Shown here piece after piece: positions 53,973-64,000 of a stretch of DNA of 64,000 nt. Both the position numbers and the translations under genes were made by a program. Positions within the stretch are counted from its first letter, which is position 1; each line of letters opens with the position of its first letter. Below the pieces are notes generated by a model, which saw only the letters and a program-made list of their open reading frames with translations, ran no database searches and had not been told where the DNA came from. This DNA comes from a virus: IMG/VR virus record IMGVR_UViG_2582581241_000004; one strand, written 5' to 3'.

Positions 53973-54538
53973 TGCATTTCGAGGGACTCTGGAACGCCAT
54001 CCGCCGGGAGATTCACACGGCCATCCGCAGCGCCGTCCTGAAGCCGCGCTACGGCGTCATGACGTCGTGGGACGCCGCCACGCACAGCGGGAAATTCCTG
54101 CTGCAACCCGAGGGCGTCCAGACCGGCTGGGTCCATGTCGGCGTCATGGCGGCCGGCAACGGCTTCGGATTTTCCGTCGCCCCGAACGTCGGCGACCAGG
54201 CTCTTTTGATGGGCGCCGAGGGGGATCCGGATTCCTGGCACGTCCTGCATTTCCTCCATTCCGATGCCGACGCCGCGATGGGATTGCAGGCCGGCGAAGG
54301 CAAATGGCGCGGCAAGGACGGCTCCGAGGTCCACATGGCGCAGAACGGCGACCTGACGGTGAAGCACCACACCGGCGCGCAGACGACGCTCACCGCCTCG
54401 GGCATCGTCCACAAGGACGAGACGGGCTTCGAGACGCACATGGCGGGCGGCAAGGTTCTGGTCGGCGGAACGGACGCGATCAAGCCTGTCAAGCTCGCCG
54501 ACGGATCGAACTCCACGCAGCTATTCACGAAGGGATGA
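53972..54538 (+). CDS. baseplate spike (gpV/gp45-like)
   Basis: OB-fold LQPEGVQTGW, PNVGDQ; beta-repeat tail. Confidence 0.8.
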   Translation: MHFEGLWNAIRREIHTAIRSAVLKPRYGVMTSWDAATHSGKFLLQPEGVQTGWVHVGVMAAGNGFGFSVAPNVGDQALLMGAEGDPDSWHVLHFLHSDADAAMGLQAGEGKWRGKDGSEVHMAQNGDLTVKHHTGAQTTLTASGIVHKDETGFETHMAGGKVLVGGTDAIKPVKLADGSNSTQLFTKG

Positions 54539-54542
54539 CCTG

Positions 54543-54908
54543 ATGGCCGACCTGAATCACGTCTTCGGCGAGGATCTTTCGTTCGGGCCTTCGAACGATC
54601 TCGCGACCGTGGACGGCTCCGATCTCGGGCATCAGCGCATCATCCGCCGCCTGATGACGGCGGTGCGGGGCTATGTGTGGCACGGAGACTACGGCGCCGG
54701 CGTTCCGCAGCAGATCGGACTGGCCGAGGACTATTTCGAAATCCAATCCGCCGTCATGTCGCAGATCCGCAAGGAGGCTGCCGTCGCCTCGACGCCGGTA
54801 CCCGACGTATCCGTCACCGGTATCCTCAACGGGGTCCGTTGCGACGTAACATACTGGGACGCCGACACCGGCGACCAGAGATTCCTCTCATTCGACGTGG
54901 CGAAATGA
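54543..54908 (+). CDS. baseplate wedge (gp25/GpW-like)
   Basis: QRIIRRLMT..GYVWH.DYGAG. Confidence 0.75.
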   Translation: MADLNHVFGEDLSFGPSNDLATVDGSDLGHQRIIRRLMTAVRGYVWHGDYGAGVPQQIGLAEDYFEIQSAVMSQIRKEAAVASTPVPDVSVTGILNGVRCDVTYWDADTGDQRFLSFDVAK

Positions 54909-56047
54909 AGCTCAATCTGAAGACCTTCGATCAGATCGTCAGCGATCAGGCCGCCGCCGCGCAGGCCTCGGCGGGGAAGCTGCTCGACTTCTCGGTCGGC
55001 TCGATCCTGCGCGCCTTCGCGGAATCCATCGCAGGCATCGCGCTGTGGCTTCAGGCACAGATCTCGAAGCTGCTGCTGACGACGCGCGCCGCCACCTCGA
55101 CGTCCACCGATCTCGACACGTGGATGGCGGACTTCGATCTGACGCGCATTCCCGGCGTAGCGGCGACCGGCATCGTCACGTTCACGCGCTTTTCCGCAGG
55201 CGCATCGCAGCCGGTCGTGCCCGTCGGAACCGTCGTCCAGACGTCGGACGGCTCGCTGCGGTTTACCGTCGTCGCCGACACCACCAACGCCAACTGGTCG
55301 GCCACGCTCGGCGGCTTCCTGTTTCCGGTGAACGTCGGATCGATCGACGTCCCTGTGGCGGCCGCCGATGTCGGGACGTCCTACAACGTCGTAGCCGGCG
55401 CGATCTCGCAGGTCGCCACCGCCGTTTCCGGCGTCGATCAGGTCGTCAACGTCAACGCTTTCGCCAACGGCGCCAACGCGGAATCCGACGACGCCTTCCG
55501 CACCCGCTTCCAAGGCTATATTCTCGGCCTGTCGCGCGGCGACCTCTATGGGCTTTCGGCGGCCATCGCGGCCATCGGCGTCTCCGTCCAATACGCGCCC
55601 GTCGAGAACTATTCCGTCGACGGCGTGTGGTCGCCGGGGTTCTTCTATGTCGTCGCCGACGACGGGACGGGCGCGCCTTCGTCGGAATTCCTCGGACGCA
55701 TCGCAACCGCCGTGGATTCGGTGCGTCCGATGACGGTGCGTTTCACCGTGGTCGCGCCGACCGTCCAAGCCGCCGTCGTCAATCTCAACATCGGCGTCTT
55801 GTCGGGCTACGACGCCCCGACCGTCCGCGCCGCGGTCGCCGACGCCGTATCCGCGAACATAAACGCGCTCGGCCTGGGCAAGGGTCTGGAGTTCGGGTTG
55901 CTCTATGCGTGGGCGCTCGCGATTCCCGGCGTCTCCTACGCGCACGGCGTCACGCTCAACGGGCTGGACGGCGACGCGGCGTCGATAGCGGCGTCGCCCA
56001 AGGTGACGATCAAATGCAACCGCGCAACCCAGATCACGGTGTCCTGA
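54905..56047 (+). CDS. baseplate J-like protein
   Basis: GSILRA, ATGIVTF, AESDDAFRTR. Confidence 0.9.
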   Translation: MKLNLKTFDQIVSDQAAAAQASAGKLLDFSVGSILRAFAESIAGIALWLQAQISKLLLTTRAATSTSTDLDTWMADFDLTRIPGVAATGIVTFTRFSAGASQPVVPVGTVVQTSDGSLRFTVVADTTNANWSATLGGFLFPVNVGSIDVPVAAADVGTSYNVVAGAISQVATAVSGVDQVVNVNAFANGANAESDDAFRTRFQGYILGLSRGDLYGLSAAIAAIGVSVQYAPVENYSVDGVWSPGFFYVVADDGTGAPSSEFLGRIATAVDSVRPMTVRFTVVAPTVQAAVVNLNIGVLSGYDAPTVRAAVADAVSANINALGLGKGLEFGLLYAWALAIPGVSYAHGVTLNGLDGDAASIAASPKVTIKCNRATQITVS

Positions 56048-56048
56048 C

Positions 56049-57380
56049 ATGGCGGTCGGCGACTTCGACGACATGATGCTTCGGCTGCGGAGCCATCTCC
56101 CCAAGGGATGGTTTCCCGACGTCGCGCCGGGTCTCGACGCCGTGCTGTCAATGCCGGCGACGGCGTTCCGCTACGTCTGGGACCAGATAGTCGATGCGAA
56201 GGCGCAGAGCCGCATTTCGACGGCCACCGGCGTCTGGCTCGATCTCGCGGCCTACGACTTTCTCGGAACGCGCGTCATGCGCCGAAAGGACCAGTCGGAC
56301 GACTCTTTCCGAACGCGCGTGAAGGCCGAGATCCTGCGCGAGCGCGTCACCAAGGCCGGCATGAAGAAGATGCTGACCGACCTGACGGGGAAGACGCCGA
56401 CAATCTTCGAGCTTTGGGACGCAAATTTTTCAGGCGGCCTCGACGCGGGATTCTATCTGGACTATTCGCCGCTCGGCGAGACGTCCCTGCCCTACCAGTG
56501 CCTGATGGACGTCCCGCGCCAGCCGACGACCGGCGAGGCGTGGGTGGGAGGCTTGGCGGCGGAATACGATTCGCCTGTCGTCATGTTCCCGGCGACGCTC
56601 GTCGACGCCAATTCGTCGCCGCAACTCTATGAACAGTATCCGGCCTTCGGATGCCTGACCGGCGACAGCGTCATATCGTCGTGGAGCCATACGATCAGCA
56701 TCGACTTCTCTAGTGGGCGGACGAGCCACGCACTCAAGGTGGTTGGAGAATCCGGAGAGTCCCCGCTCTTCCATATCGTGACATCCGAAACGATTTCGTT
56801 CCGCATCGTCATCGCGCGCAACGTTCCGATCATCAATTTCAACACCGGCAACGGAATCTATATCGACAAGGGGACCATTCTCGCCGACTCGGGGATTATC
56901 ACGCTGCCGAAGACGGCGACGCTCAACGATCTGATCGCGGCGCTGAATGCCGTCGCTGGTGCGTTCTGCACAGTTTCGACGAACAATCCCACCGGCCCCG
57001 GCGCGCCCGACACGAACCTGAAGTTCGACTTCACCGACTGGATCGCGGCAAACGCGCCGGGAGACGGGACCATCACCTGCGCGATCGGCTGCTCGCTGGA
57101 AGGGATTTTAGGGACTTGGTTCCAGCGCTTTATCGGCGTCTCCTATCCGAGGAACTACTGCGACGCGAACGGTCTCGTCTACGACGAAGCGATCCTCGGC
57201 GCCGAACTGACGTCTCGATGGGACGGCTGGATCGGCCTCGGCGACGGCTGGGAAATCGGCGGCTACACGCTCGGGACTATCCCTGACGCTGCTGGCTCCG
57301 GACTGACGGATGCCGATATTTATGACGCGATAGAACACACGCGCCCGACGGGAACCGTCGCGTGGACGGCGCTGGAGTAG
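56049..57380 (+). CDS. baseplate wedge protein (GpI-like) with large internal insertion
   Basis: N-terminal LPKGWF..ATGVWLD..SDDSFRTR and C-terminal DADIYDAI..RPTGTVAW. Confidence 0.7.
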   Translation: MAVGDFDDMMLRLRSHLPKGWFPDVAPGLDAVLSMPATAFRYVWDQIVDAKAQSRISTATGVWLDLAAYDFLGTRVMRRKDQSDDSFRTRVKAEILRERVTKAGMKKMLTDLTGKTPTIFELWDANFSGGLDAGFYLDYSPLGETSLPYQCLMDVPRQPTTGEAWVGGLAAEYDSPVVMFPATLVDANSSPQLYEQYPAFGCLTGDSVISSWSHTISIDFSSGRTSHALKVVGESGESPLFHIVTSETISFRIVIARNVPIINFNTGNGIYIDKGTILADSGIITLPKTATLNDLIAALNAVAGAFCTVSTNNPTGPGAPDTNLKFDFTDWIAANAPGDGTITCAIGCSLEGILGTWFQRFIGVSYPRNYCDANGLVYDEAILGAELTSRWDGWIGLGDGWEIGGYTLGTIPDAAGSGLTDADIYDAIEHTRPTGTVAWTALE

Positions 57381-57387
57381 AGAACGC

Positions 57388-58752
57388 ATGTCGGACAGAA
57401 AAGTAGTCTATCCCGGTCAGCAACTGCCGGCGCGCGCAATCCTCGACAACGCCAAATTCGGGCTGATCGGGCTCGGCTCGCTCGCCAGGGCGCTGTTCGG
57501 CGTTCGCGACGACGGCATGGGATCGTCCACCGGCGTTCCGCTCAAGGAATCCTTCAAGCCCGTCGTCGCCGGCCTGCAATGCGCGCCGACGACGCCCGCG
57601 AGCCTCAGTGTCGTCGTCTCCCCCGGCGAGATCTATGTCCAGGAGGCCGTCGACTCCTCGGATTTCGGAATTTCCGGCAACACCGACGCGCACACGACGA
57701 TCAAGCAGGGCATCCTCGCCGATGCCGTGACGCTGCCGATCACGCCGCCGGCGACGGCGGGATACGCGCAATATTTCCTGATCCAGGCGACCTATCAGAA
57801 CCTCGATACGGACTCGTTTGTCGTTTCCTACGTCAACCACGCCAACCCGCAGATGCCGTTCTCCGGGCCCGGCGGCACCGGCGTCGCGCAGCCGACGACG
57901 CGCAAGGGACTCTGCGTCGTGAACCTCAAGGCGGGAGCGGCGGCGGCTTCGGGATCCGAGGTCGCGCCGACTCCCGACGTGGGCTATGCCGGACTGTGGC
58001 TGATCCGCGTCTCTCACGGGCAGACGGAGATCTCGAGCTATTCGACGGGCGGCGGACTGGCGGACATCAAAGTTTATCCGAACGCGCCGTTCATTCCGTC
58101 GTTCGGCGCGCCAAGGATCTTTAGCGGCACGATTCCCGGAAGCCTGACCGATGGGACGCCGATCGGCGGACTGTCGCCAGCGTTTCACGACACCGGTTCG
58201 AACGCGCCGCCTCACGGCTCTCTCGTATCGCTTTCGATTCAGATTCCAACATGGGCCGTCGGCGACACGCCGCGCCTGCAATTCGTTCCCGGCGGCGCCT
58301 ACATCCCGATCCAGCGCTTCGACGGATTCCCGATCTCGTCCGGGGACGTCGGCGGCTCGGCGCTGTTCATCATGGACAACGGCGTCGCCAAGCTCGTCAA
58401 TCCTGCGGTTCCCGGTCGATGGGAATCCTCGGGCGGCGCCGGCTCGGGTTCCATCCTCCTGCCGAACGGCTACCTGCTGCAATGGATCAAGGGTCCGGAC
58501 ATGACGCATGCCGGCGGCGCGGGACCCGGCGTCGATCCGACGCAATACATCCCGTGGCCGACGTCGTTCAACGAGGCCTGCTACGCCGCCTTCCCCGTCA
58601 CCGTGAACGCGGCGGCGTCCACCGTCGCCGATCGCGCCATCCAGCTCGTGGACTACGACCAATACGGCGCGAACATCATCAATCAATGGATGGGCGGCGG
58701 CGCGACCGACACGACCACCGTCGCCGCATTCGTCTTCGCCATCGGAAAGTAA
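57388..58752 (+). CDS. proximal tail fibre / baseplate protein
   Basis: conserved N-terminal region; C-terminal LLPNGYLLQW...PWPTSF gp53-like domain. Confidence 0.75.
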   Translation: MSDRKVVYPGQQLPARAILDNAKFGLIGLGSLARALFGVRDDGMGSSTGVPLKESFKPVVAGLQCAPTTPASLSVVVSPGEIYVQEAVDSSDFGISGNTDAHTTIKQGILADAVTLPITPPATAGYAQYFLIQATYQNLDTDSFVVSYVNHANPQMPFSGPGGTGVAQPTTRKGLCVVNLKAGAAAASGSEVAPTPDVGYAGLWLIRVSHGQTEISSYSTGGGLADIKVYPNAPFIPSFGAPRIFSGTIPGSLTDGTPIGGLSPAFHDTGSNAPPHGSLVSLSIQIPTWAVGDTPRLQFVPGGAYIPIQRFDGFPISSGDVGGSALFIMDNGVAKLVNPAVPGRWESSGGAGSGSILLPNGYLLQWIKGPDMTHAGGAGPGVDPTQYIPWPTSFNEACYAAFPVTVNAAASTVADRAIQLVDYDQYGANIINQWMGGGATDTTTVAAFVFAIGK

Positions 58753-58759
58753 GGACGTC

Positions 58760-59359
58760 ATGGACACCATCGCCGCCAATTCGCTCCCGACCGCCCAGGC
58801 CTACGTCCTGCTCGGCGACGACAAGCGCGCCCGCGCCTTCTTCCTTCAGGGCTTGAATTCGAACATCCCCGCCGGCGCCGTGGCCATCACCCGCGCCGTA
58901 TACGATGCGCTGCGGGCGAACTTCACGACGCTGACCTACGACGCCGCGACGGGAACGACCGCGCCCTATGTCGCGCCGGCGCCGACAAAGGACGCCTTGA
59001 TCGCCTATACGGACTCCAAGCGCGACCGCGTGGCCGCATCGGGCATCACGGTGAACATAGCGGCGGCGGGACAGCCGTCGCAGAATATCAAGGTCGCCAC
59101 GCAGGCGCAGAACAACAGCGACTATCAGGGTCTCTATCTGCTCGCGGCGCAGAACTCCGCGTTCACGACGGAATGGGACGACGCCGTTCTCGGCGGCCTC
59201 ACGATCAACGCGACGCAGGTCGCCATCATCGCGAATGCTGCCGCCGCATTCCGCCAAGCGGCATTCGCGGCAGGCATCGCCGTCAAGGCTCAGATCGCCG
59301 CCGGCACGATCACGACGACCGCACAGATCGACGCCTTTGCGTGGCCGTCGAACGCCTGA
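58760..59359 (+). CDS. tail fibre assembly protein (DUF4376-like)
   Basis: C-terminal KAQIAAGTITTTAQIDAFAWP. Confidence 0.7.
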   Translation: MDTIAANSLPTAQAYVLLGDDKRARAFFLQGLNSNIPAGAVAITRAVYDALRANFTTLTYDAATGTTAPYVAPAPTKDALIAYTDSKRDRVAASGITVNIAAAGQPSQNIKVATQAQNNSDYQGLYLLAAQNSAFTTEWDDAVLGGLTINATQVAIIANAAAAFRQAAFAAGIAVKAQIAAGTITTTAQIDAFAWPSNA

Positions 59360-59429
59360 GTATCCGACGCACGGAATGCGGCTTCCTTCGACGGCGACTA
59401 GAATCGCCGGGTGAGCGGGAGTCGCGTCT

Positions 59430-59786
59430 TTGGCATGCAGTCCTAAAAACGTCGTCTTGAAACAGCGCGTCAACGACAGCTTCGGCTGGTCGGGGACGGT
59501 GACGCTGCCGACATATGCATGGACGGTCGAGCTCGACTTTCTCGACGATCGCGGCAAGGCGATTCCCAACGCCGGCGGCATTTCCGCGACGATTTCGCCG
59601 GTGGACGGCACGACCGCAGGCGGCAAGACGCAGTATCTGCTGCACCTCACAGCGGACCGCGAGGACACCGCCAACTGGCCGGCGAAAGACCGCGTGAATC
59701 CGTTGACGCTGATCCTGCGACTTCGCTTCGTCGGTGCGGTCGCCGTGACGGCGAAGAACGACATCGAGGTGAGGACGACGCTTTGA
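59430..59786 (+). CDS. hypothetical tail-associated protein
   Basis: 118 aa, beta-rich. Confidence 0.6.
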   Translation: MACSPKNVVLKQRVNDSFGWSGTVTLPTYAWTVELDFLDDRGKAIPNAGGISATISPVDGTTAGGKTQYLLHLTADREDTANWPAKDRVNPLTLILRLRFVGAVAVTAKNDIEVRTTL

Positions 59787-60190
59787 CAGATCAAGCGATC
59801 ATCCTGACCGACGACCTGCCGGAGATCGTGCTCGAAACCGGGTGCGTCTCGGGCGGCACCACGCTCGTCCTCTCCGACGACCTGCCATGGATCGGCATCG
59901 GCACGCAGGATCCCGAGCCGCAGATGCTGATGCTCGAGCAGTTCTTCGTCGGGCCGCCGGGCGCGGACGGGCCGCAGGGACTTCCCGGCAGGGACGCGAC
60001 GACGTTCACATGGGACCAAGCATCGGCGTCGAACATCTGGGCGATCGCGCACAACCTCGGTCGCTTCCCCGGCGTGACCACGGTCGATCCGTTCGGCGCC
60101 GTCTTCGAAGGGACGGTCTCATACGTGGACGCCAATAATGTCCGCGTCGAATTCAACGCCGCAGTCAACGGCAAGGCCTATCTGAACTGA
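59783..60190 (+). CDS. short collagen-repeat tail protein
   Basis: TTG start; GPPGADGPQGLPG then WAIAHNLG domain. Confidence 0.65.
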   Translation: MTDQAIILTDDLPEIVLETGCVSGGTTLVLSDDLPWIGIGTQDPEPQMLMLEQFFVGPPGADGPQGLPGRDATTFTWDQASASNIWAIAHNLGRFPGVTTVDPFGAVFEGTVSYVDANNVRVEFNAAVNGKAYLN

Positions 60191-60200
60191 GGATGTCGCC

Positions 60201-61310
60201 ATGGCGGCCAAGAATTTTCTCTCCGACATCGACCTCCATCTCAATCAGATCCTCAACGGGATATTGCACAAGCTTTCGGCCGCGCCGGCAGGCCCGGTCG
60301 AAGGGCAGGTCTACTACAATTCGACGACCAAGAGCGGCTATGTGTGGAACGGCTCCGCATGGCGTCCGCTCGATGCGAACCAACTCGCGGACGGCTCGAT
60401 CCAGATCGCGGCTCTCGCGACGAACCCGCTCGCGCGCGTAAACCACACCGGCACGCAGACGGCCTCGACGATCAGCGATCTCGCCACGGTGGTGAAGGCC
60501 TACACTTTGGATTCCTTCGCCGCCGCCGTCGCCGCGCTGAATCTCAACGGGCAGAAGATCACGAATGTTGCGACCGGCACGAATTCCGGCGACGCGGTGA
60601 ACAAGGGGCAGATGGATTCCGCCATCGCCGCCGCCATCGCCGGCCAGACCGCCGTGAAGTCGCCGGTCCGCGTCGTCGCCGCGTCGAACATCGTGCTTTC
60701 CGGGCTGCCGACCATCGACGGGATCTCCATCGATGCAGGCGACCGCGTTCTCTGCGTCGGGCAGACCGCCGGGGCGGAGAACCTCATCCACGTCGCCGCC
60801 GCCGGCGCATGGACGGTCGCCACCGACAACAACAGCGTCGGCCAGCTCATCGAGGGTACGGACGTCCTCGTCAACGAAGGCACGGCCTACGGCGGCGCGA
60901 TTTTCCGCGTGACCACGAGCGGCCCGATCACGCCCGGCGTCACCTCGGTCGCGTGGACGCAGACCTTCAAATTGAACACATATGTCGGCGACGGCTCGAC
61001 GATCTCGATCACCGGCACGATCATCAGCGTCATCTTCGGATACGGGCTGACCAGCGGCGGCGGCGCGCTGGCGGTGGACAGGACGAAGATCAAATCGCGA
61101 TGGGCCGGGACGATCACCGGCGACGGCGCGACCACCGTTTTTACATTGACGCACAATCTCGCCAATTCGAATCCCGACCTGACGCTGCGAGATTCGAGCG
61201 GGAACGAATACGAGATCGCCAATCAGGCGATCAATTCGAACCAAATCGCCGTCACCTTCGGCAATGCGCCCGCCGTCGGCGTCTCCTACGTCGTCGAGAT
61301 CGGGGGATAA
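60201..61310 (+). CDS. tail fibre/appendage protein
   Basis: ITNVATGTNSGDAVNKGQ, VKSPVRV..NI.LSG..TIDG, C-terminal GDGATTVFTLTHNL. Confidence 0.7.
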   Translation: MAAKNFLSDIDLHLNQILNGILHKLSAAPAGPVEGQVYYNSTTKSGYVWNGSAWRPLDANQLADGSIQIAALATNPLARVNHTGTQTASTISDLATVVKAYTLDSFAAAVAALNLNGQKITNVATGTNSGDAVNKGQMDSAIAAAIAGQTAVKSPVRVVAASNIVLSGLPTIDGISIDAGDRVLCVGQTAGAENLIHVAAAGAWTVATDNNSVGQLIEGTDVLVNEGTAYGGAIFRVTTSGPITPGVTSVAWTQTFKLNTYVGDGSTISITGTIISVIFGYGLTSGGGALAVDRTKIKSRWAGTITGDGATTVFTLTHNLANSNPDLTLRDSSGNEYEIANQAINSNQIAVTFGNAPAVGVSYVVEIGG

Positions 61311-61313
61311 GAC

Positions 61314-62672
61314 GTGGCGAATCCGCTCGCCCTCCTCATCGGGAAATCGCTCAAGGTCGCGAGCAACCTCGTCGAGGTCGCCCTGTCGACCGACGCGGGG
61401 AATCTGCTCGGCTTGGGGTCGGACAACGCGCCGTATTTCGGCGTCACGACGGCATCCGTCGATATCGACGCGACGACGCCGGCGCCGGCGGTGGCGACGC
61501 AGTTCCTGTGGTCGACATTGCTCGGCTGCTACATGCGTTGGAACGGGTCGTCGTGGCAGCAGGCGACGATGGCGACGAACAACATCACGATCACCGAAAC
61601 TGGTGGCTCTGGTTCGAACGCGTGGCTGGTGGCGGCCATCGCGAAAGCGCTGAGATATACGACCGCCAATGGCGTCACGGTCACCGTTCAGCTTTCAGCC
61701 GCTTCCTATACGGCGACGAGTGTGGCCGACTATAATTTTACGGACGGCGACTTCTCGAACATCATCATTCAAGGCGCTCCGAGCACGACGACGACGCTGG
61801 TTTCCTGCGGTTCCGCCACACTGGTCTCGGGCACGACATATAATGTCACATTCACGCTCGCATCCGTGACCGGATTCGTGGTCGGTCAATACGTCGGCTT
61901 ATCCGTCATCAACGGAGCCGCGGGCTATTGGGCTAACCTCAACGGTTTGTGGCCTATCACCGCCGTGAATTCTGGGGCCAACACGATAACCGTCCAGGTT
62001 CGCGTTCAGACCGGAACATCCCTCGCCGCGCAGTCATCGCTGACCGGAACGGCGATCACGTGGACATCGATACTTTATACTCAGTACGGAGTTCAGTTCG
62101 TCGGACGCAATGTCAAGTCGCTGACCGATTTCATGATAATTCAGCAGGGAGTTCCGACCGCCGGGACATCCGGTTTGACGATCGACGGAAAGGATGCGGT
62201 CGCGAACATATCGAATGTCGGTATTTATGGGTTCAGCACAAATGGATCCGCGATGGCGCTTTATGTCGCGCACGGCGGGCGGGTCGGAGTATCCGGTCTG
62301 TACGCGTCATTTTGCGGATCGGGAATATTTCTGGATCAGGGCGCGACATTCGACGGATGGGCGGTTTTGTCGTCGTTCGCCCCGGCTGGGAGCGGCCTGA
62401 CGGGATGGGGCGTCGATATCTACCGACTTGCCAGATTCCGCGTCACGGATCAGCGCATGGCGGCGATCAATTGCCAATGGGGAGTAAATCTGAATGTCCT
62501 GTCCGAAATATACATTGAAGCGGCGGTTTCCTATAAAATAGGAGGAACATCGGGAGGAATGCAGGCATGGAACAACTGCATAGCCGAAGGAAACGGCTAT
62601 ATAGCGAACATCGGAACGTGCAGTCCGACACGCGGCACGTTCGGGAACAATGCGTCGGCGATCTATTCGTGA
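61314..62672 (+). CDS. tail spike / receptor-binding protein with beta-helix-like C-terminus
   Basis: Thr/Gly-rich; repeated beta strands; GC drops after about 61700. Confidence 0.7.
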   Translation: MANPLALLIGKSLKVASNLVEVALSTDAGNLLGLGSDNAPYFGVTTASVDIDATTPAPAVATQFLWSTLLGCYMRWNGSSWQQATMATNNITITETGGSGSNAWLVAAIAKALRYTTANGVTVTVQLSAASYTATSVADYNFTDGDFSNIIIQGAPSTTTTLVSCGSATLVSGTTYNVTFTLASVTGFVVGQYVGLSVINGAAGYWANLNGLWPITAVNSGANTITVQVRVQTGTSLAAQSSLTGTAITWTSILYTQYGVQFVGRNVKSLTDFMIIQQGVPTAGTSGLTIDGKDAVANISNVGIYGFSTNGSAMALYVAHGGRVGVSGLYASFCGSGIFLDQGATFDGWAVLSSFAPAGSGLTGWGVDIYRLARFRVTDQRMAAINCQWGVNLNVLSEIYIEAAVSYKIGGTSGGMQAWNNCIAEGNGYIANIGTCSPTRGTFGNNASAIYS

Positions 62673-62681
62673 GGGCGGACC

Positions 62682-63098
62682 GTGATTCTCATCATTGACT
62701 CTACGGGAAGCATCTTTGCCGCACACGCCGACGGACAGATCGAAACCGTCCTCGCGGCGTCCGACTATTCCGGAAAGGCCGTCGTCTCCGTTCCTGACAG
62801 CTACAACGCGCAGCCGGGCGGCGCGCCTCCGGAAGGAGCCGTCGTCCTGCGCCCTGCCGGCGGCGTCTATGTCCCGCAGAGCATCACGAGATTGCAGTTC
62901 GTCAGACAGAGCAAGGCACTCGGCATCTGGTCGAGCGTGCAGGCCTATTTGAGCGCGAATCCAGAAGCCGACGACTGGTGGACGTATGCAAGCGCCATCG
63001 AACGTCAGAGCCCCGTGCTGATCGCGGCGGCAACGGCGTTCGGGATGGACAGCGCGGCGGTCGACGCTTTCTTCATCGCGGCAGCGGAATTGGTGTGA
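62682..63098 (+). CDS. tail fibre chaperone
   Basis: PQSITRLQF..W.YA..IER.SP.L..G.DSAAVDAFFIAA. Confidence 0.7.
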   Translation: MILIIDSTGSIFAAHADGQIETVLAASDYSGKAVVSVPDSYNAQPGGAPPEGAVVLRPAGGVYVPQSITRLQFVRQSKALGIWSSVQAYLSANPEADDWWTYASAIERQSPVLIAAATAFGMDSAAVDAFFIAAAELV

Positions 63099-63126
63099 GC
63101 GGCGCCGCATTTCCCTCGCCGCCTGA

Positions 63127-64000
63127 TCACCCCGGCCTCCGCTCGAACAGCATCCTCACCCCGAGATCGACGAGACGCTCCTTTCGCGTCTCTTCCTTCA
63201 TCGTTTCCTTGCTGGTGATCCGCAGCGGATATTTCCGGTCTTCGCGCTTGAATCCGAATTTCAGGATCTCGTCCCACATTGTAGCCAACGCCTGATGGAA
63301 CTCATAATCCTCGGCGTAGGCCCGATTCTCCGGCGTCCCGAACGAGAGGTCCATGGCGTCGGGCTTCTTCGGCAACGCCAGCGACATGTCCGCCTTTCCC
63401 GAGACGATGGTGACGCCCGCCGCCAGCCTCGCGGGCGCCTTAGTTCCGTCCTCGAGATAGACCAAGCCGTCGTGCGCCCTCCGCAGCGCCCATTCCAGCC
63501 GTTCGTGCGGCACGAACATCGGAGCGCGGATGCGGCGGATCCGATCCTGGCCTTCCAGGCGATACTCGAACTCCATCAGCCCCCGATCCGCGCCGCACTC
63601 CGAGATTTCGCGCATAAACCGCGACATGATCGTCGCGTCCACGATATCCAGCGTCTCGACGCATGACCGATGCGCGTCGGCGAGACCGGTGCGGCGGACG
63701 GCCTCCCAGCCCTGGTAGTGGACCCGCAGATCGTCGAGCGTCATCACGTCGTCGAGGATCACGCCCTCGGGAATGACGGACGACATGATGATCGCCAGCG
63801 GCGCCTTGCCTTCCCGGTAGACCGGGCGCAGTCGTCCAATGAACTGTCGGGTCTCCTCCTCGCGGTATTGACGCTGGACCAATTCCGCCCACCTGCCGGC
63901 GCAGCGCGGAATCCGAACGGTGACGTCGCGCCCGTCGCGCAGCGGGTAGGTCCGCTCGGACATGTTCACCGGCAGCGGGTTGCCTTCATGATCGCAGCCG
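63127..64000 (-). CDS. C-terminal part of a large protein, possibly a helicase/primase (runs off the window)
   Basis: frame open to the window edge; EETRQFIGRLR resembles SF2 helicase motif VI. Confidence 0.5.
   Translation of the reverse strand, partial: GCDHEGNPLPVNMSERTYPLRDGRDVTVRIPRCAGRWAELVQRQYREEETRQFIGRLRPVYREGKAPLAIIMSSVIPEGVILDDVMTLDDLRVHYQGWEAVRRTGLADAHRSCVETLDIVDATIMSRFMREISECGADRGLMEFEYRLEGQDRIRRIRAPMFVPHERLEWALRRAHDGLVYLEDGTKAPARLAAGVTIVSGKADMSLALPKKPDAMDLSFGTPENRAYAEDYEFHQALATMWDEILKFGFKREDRKYPLRITSKETMKEETRKERLVDLGVRMLFERRPG

Noticed and set aside
1-64000. tRNA genes, integrase and att site
   Set aside because: No tRNA cloverleaf with a TTCGA loop and no recombinase motifs were found by eye; they may lie outside the window

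Overview
A 64-kb segment of a high-GC tailed phage with a contractile tail (myovirus). The host is probably an alphaproteobacterium (Hyphomicrobiales-like), judging from two GcrA-like genes and GANTC-rich promoters. Layout: (1) 1-15.9 kb, a leftward run of mostly hypothetical genes including a CHAP protein, a PcfJ-like protein, tandem-HTH proteins, GcrA and a PolB-type 3'-5' exonuclease; (2) 16-19.3 kb, a rightward accessory operon containing a type II hammerhead ribozyme; (3) 20.5-22.6 kb, a plasmid-type replicon (Rep_3-like initiator, eight 11-bp iterons, AT-rich tract), which suggests a phage-plasmid; (4) 23-36 kb, an accessory block with terS, an AcrIF11-like ADP-ribosyltransferase plus HTH operon, a solo tnpB, an HslV-like protease next to a BCS1-like AAA ATPase, and a T4 Rnl1-type RNA ligase followed by a ~320-nt non-coding unit containing a type I hammerhead; (5) 36.1-63.1 kb, a complete head, neck, tail, baseplate and fibre module, with a class 3 intein in terL and a -1 frameshift site in the tail chaperone. 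A 28-bp promoter-like motif recurs nine times ahead of transcription units. The most notable signals are the RNA ligase plus hammerhead ncRNA pair, the second hammerhead, the acr-aca-like operon, the iteron replicon and the GcrA/GANTC promoter system. No tRNA, CRISPR array or integrase was seen. All family assignments come from motif recognition by eye, not database searches.
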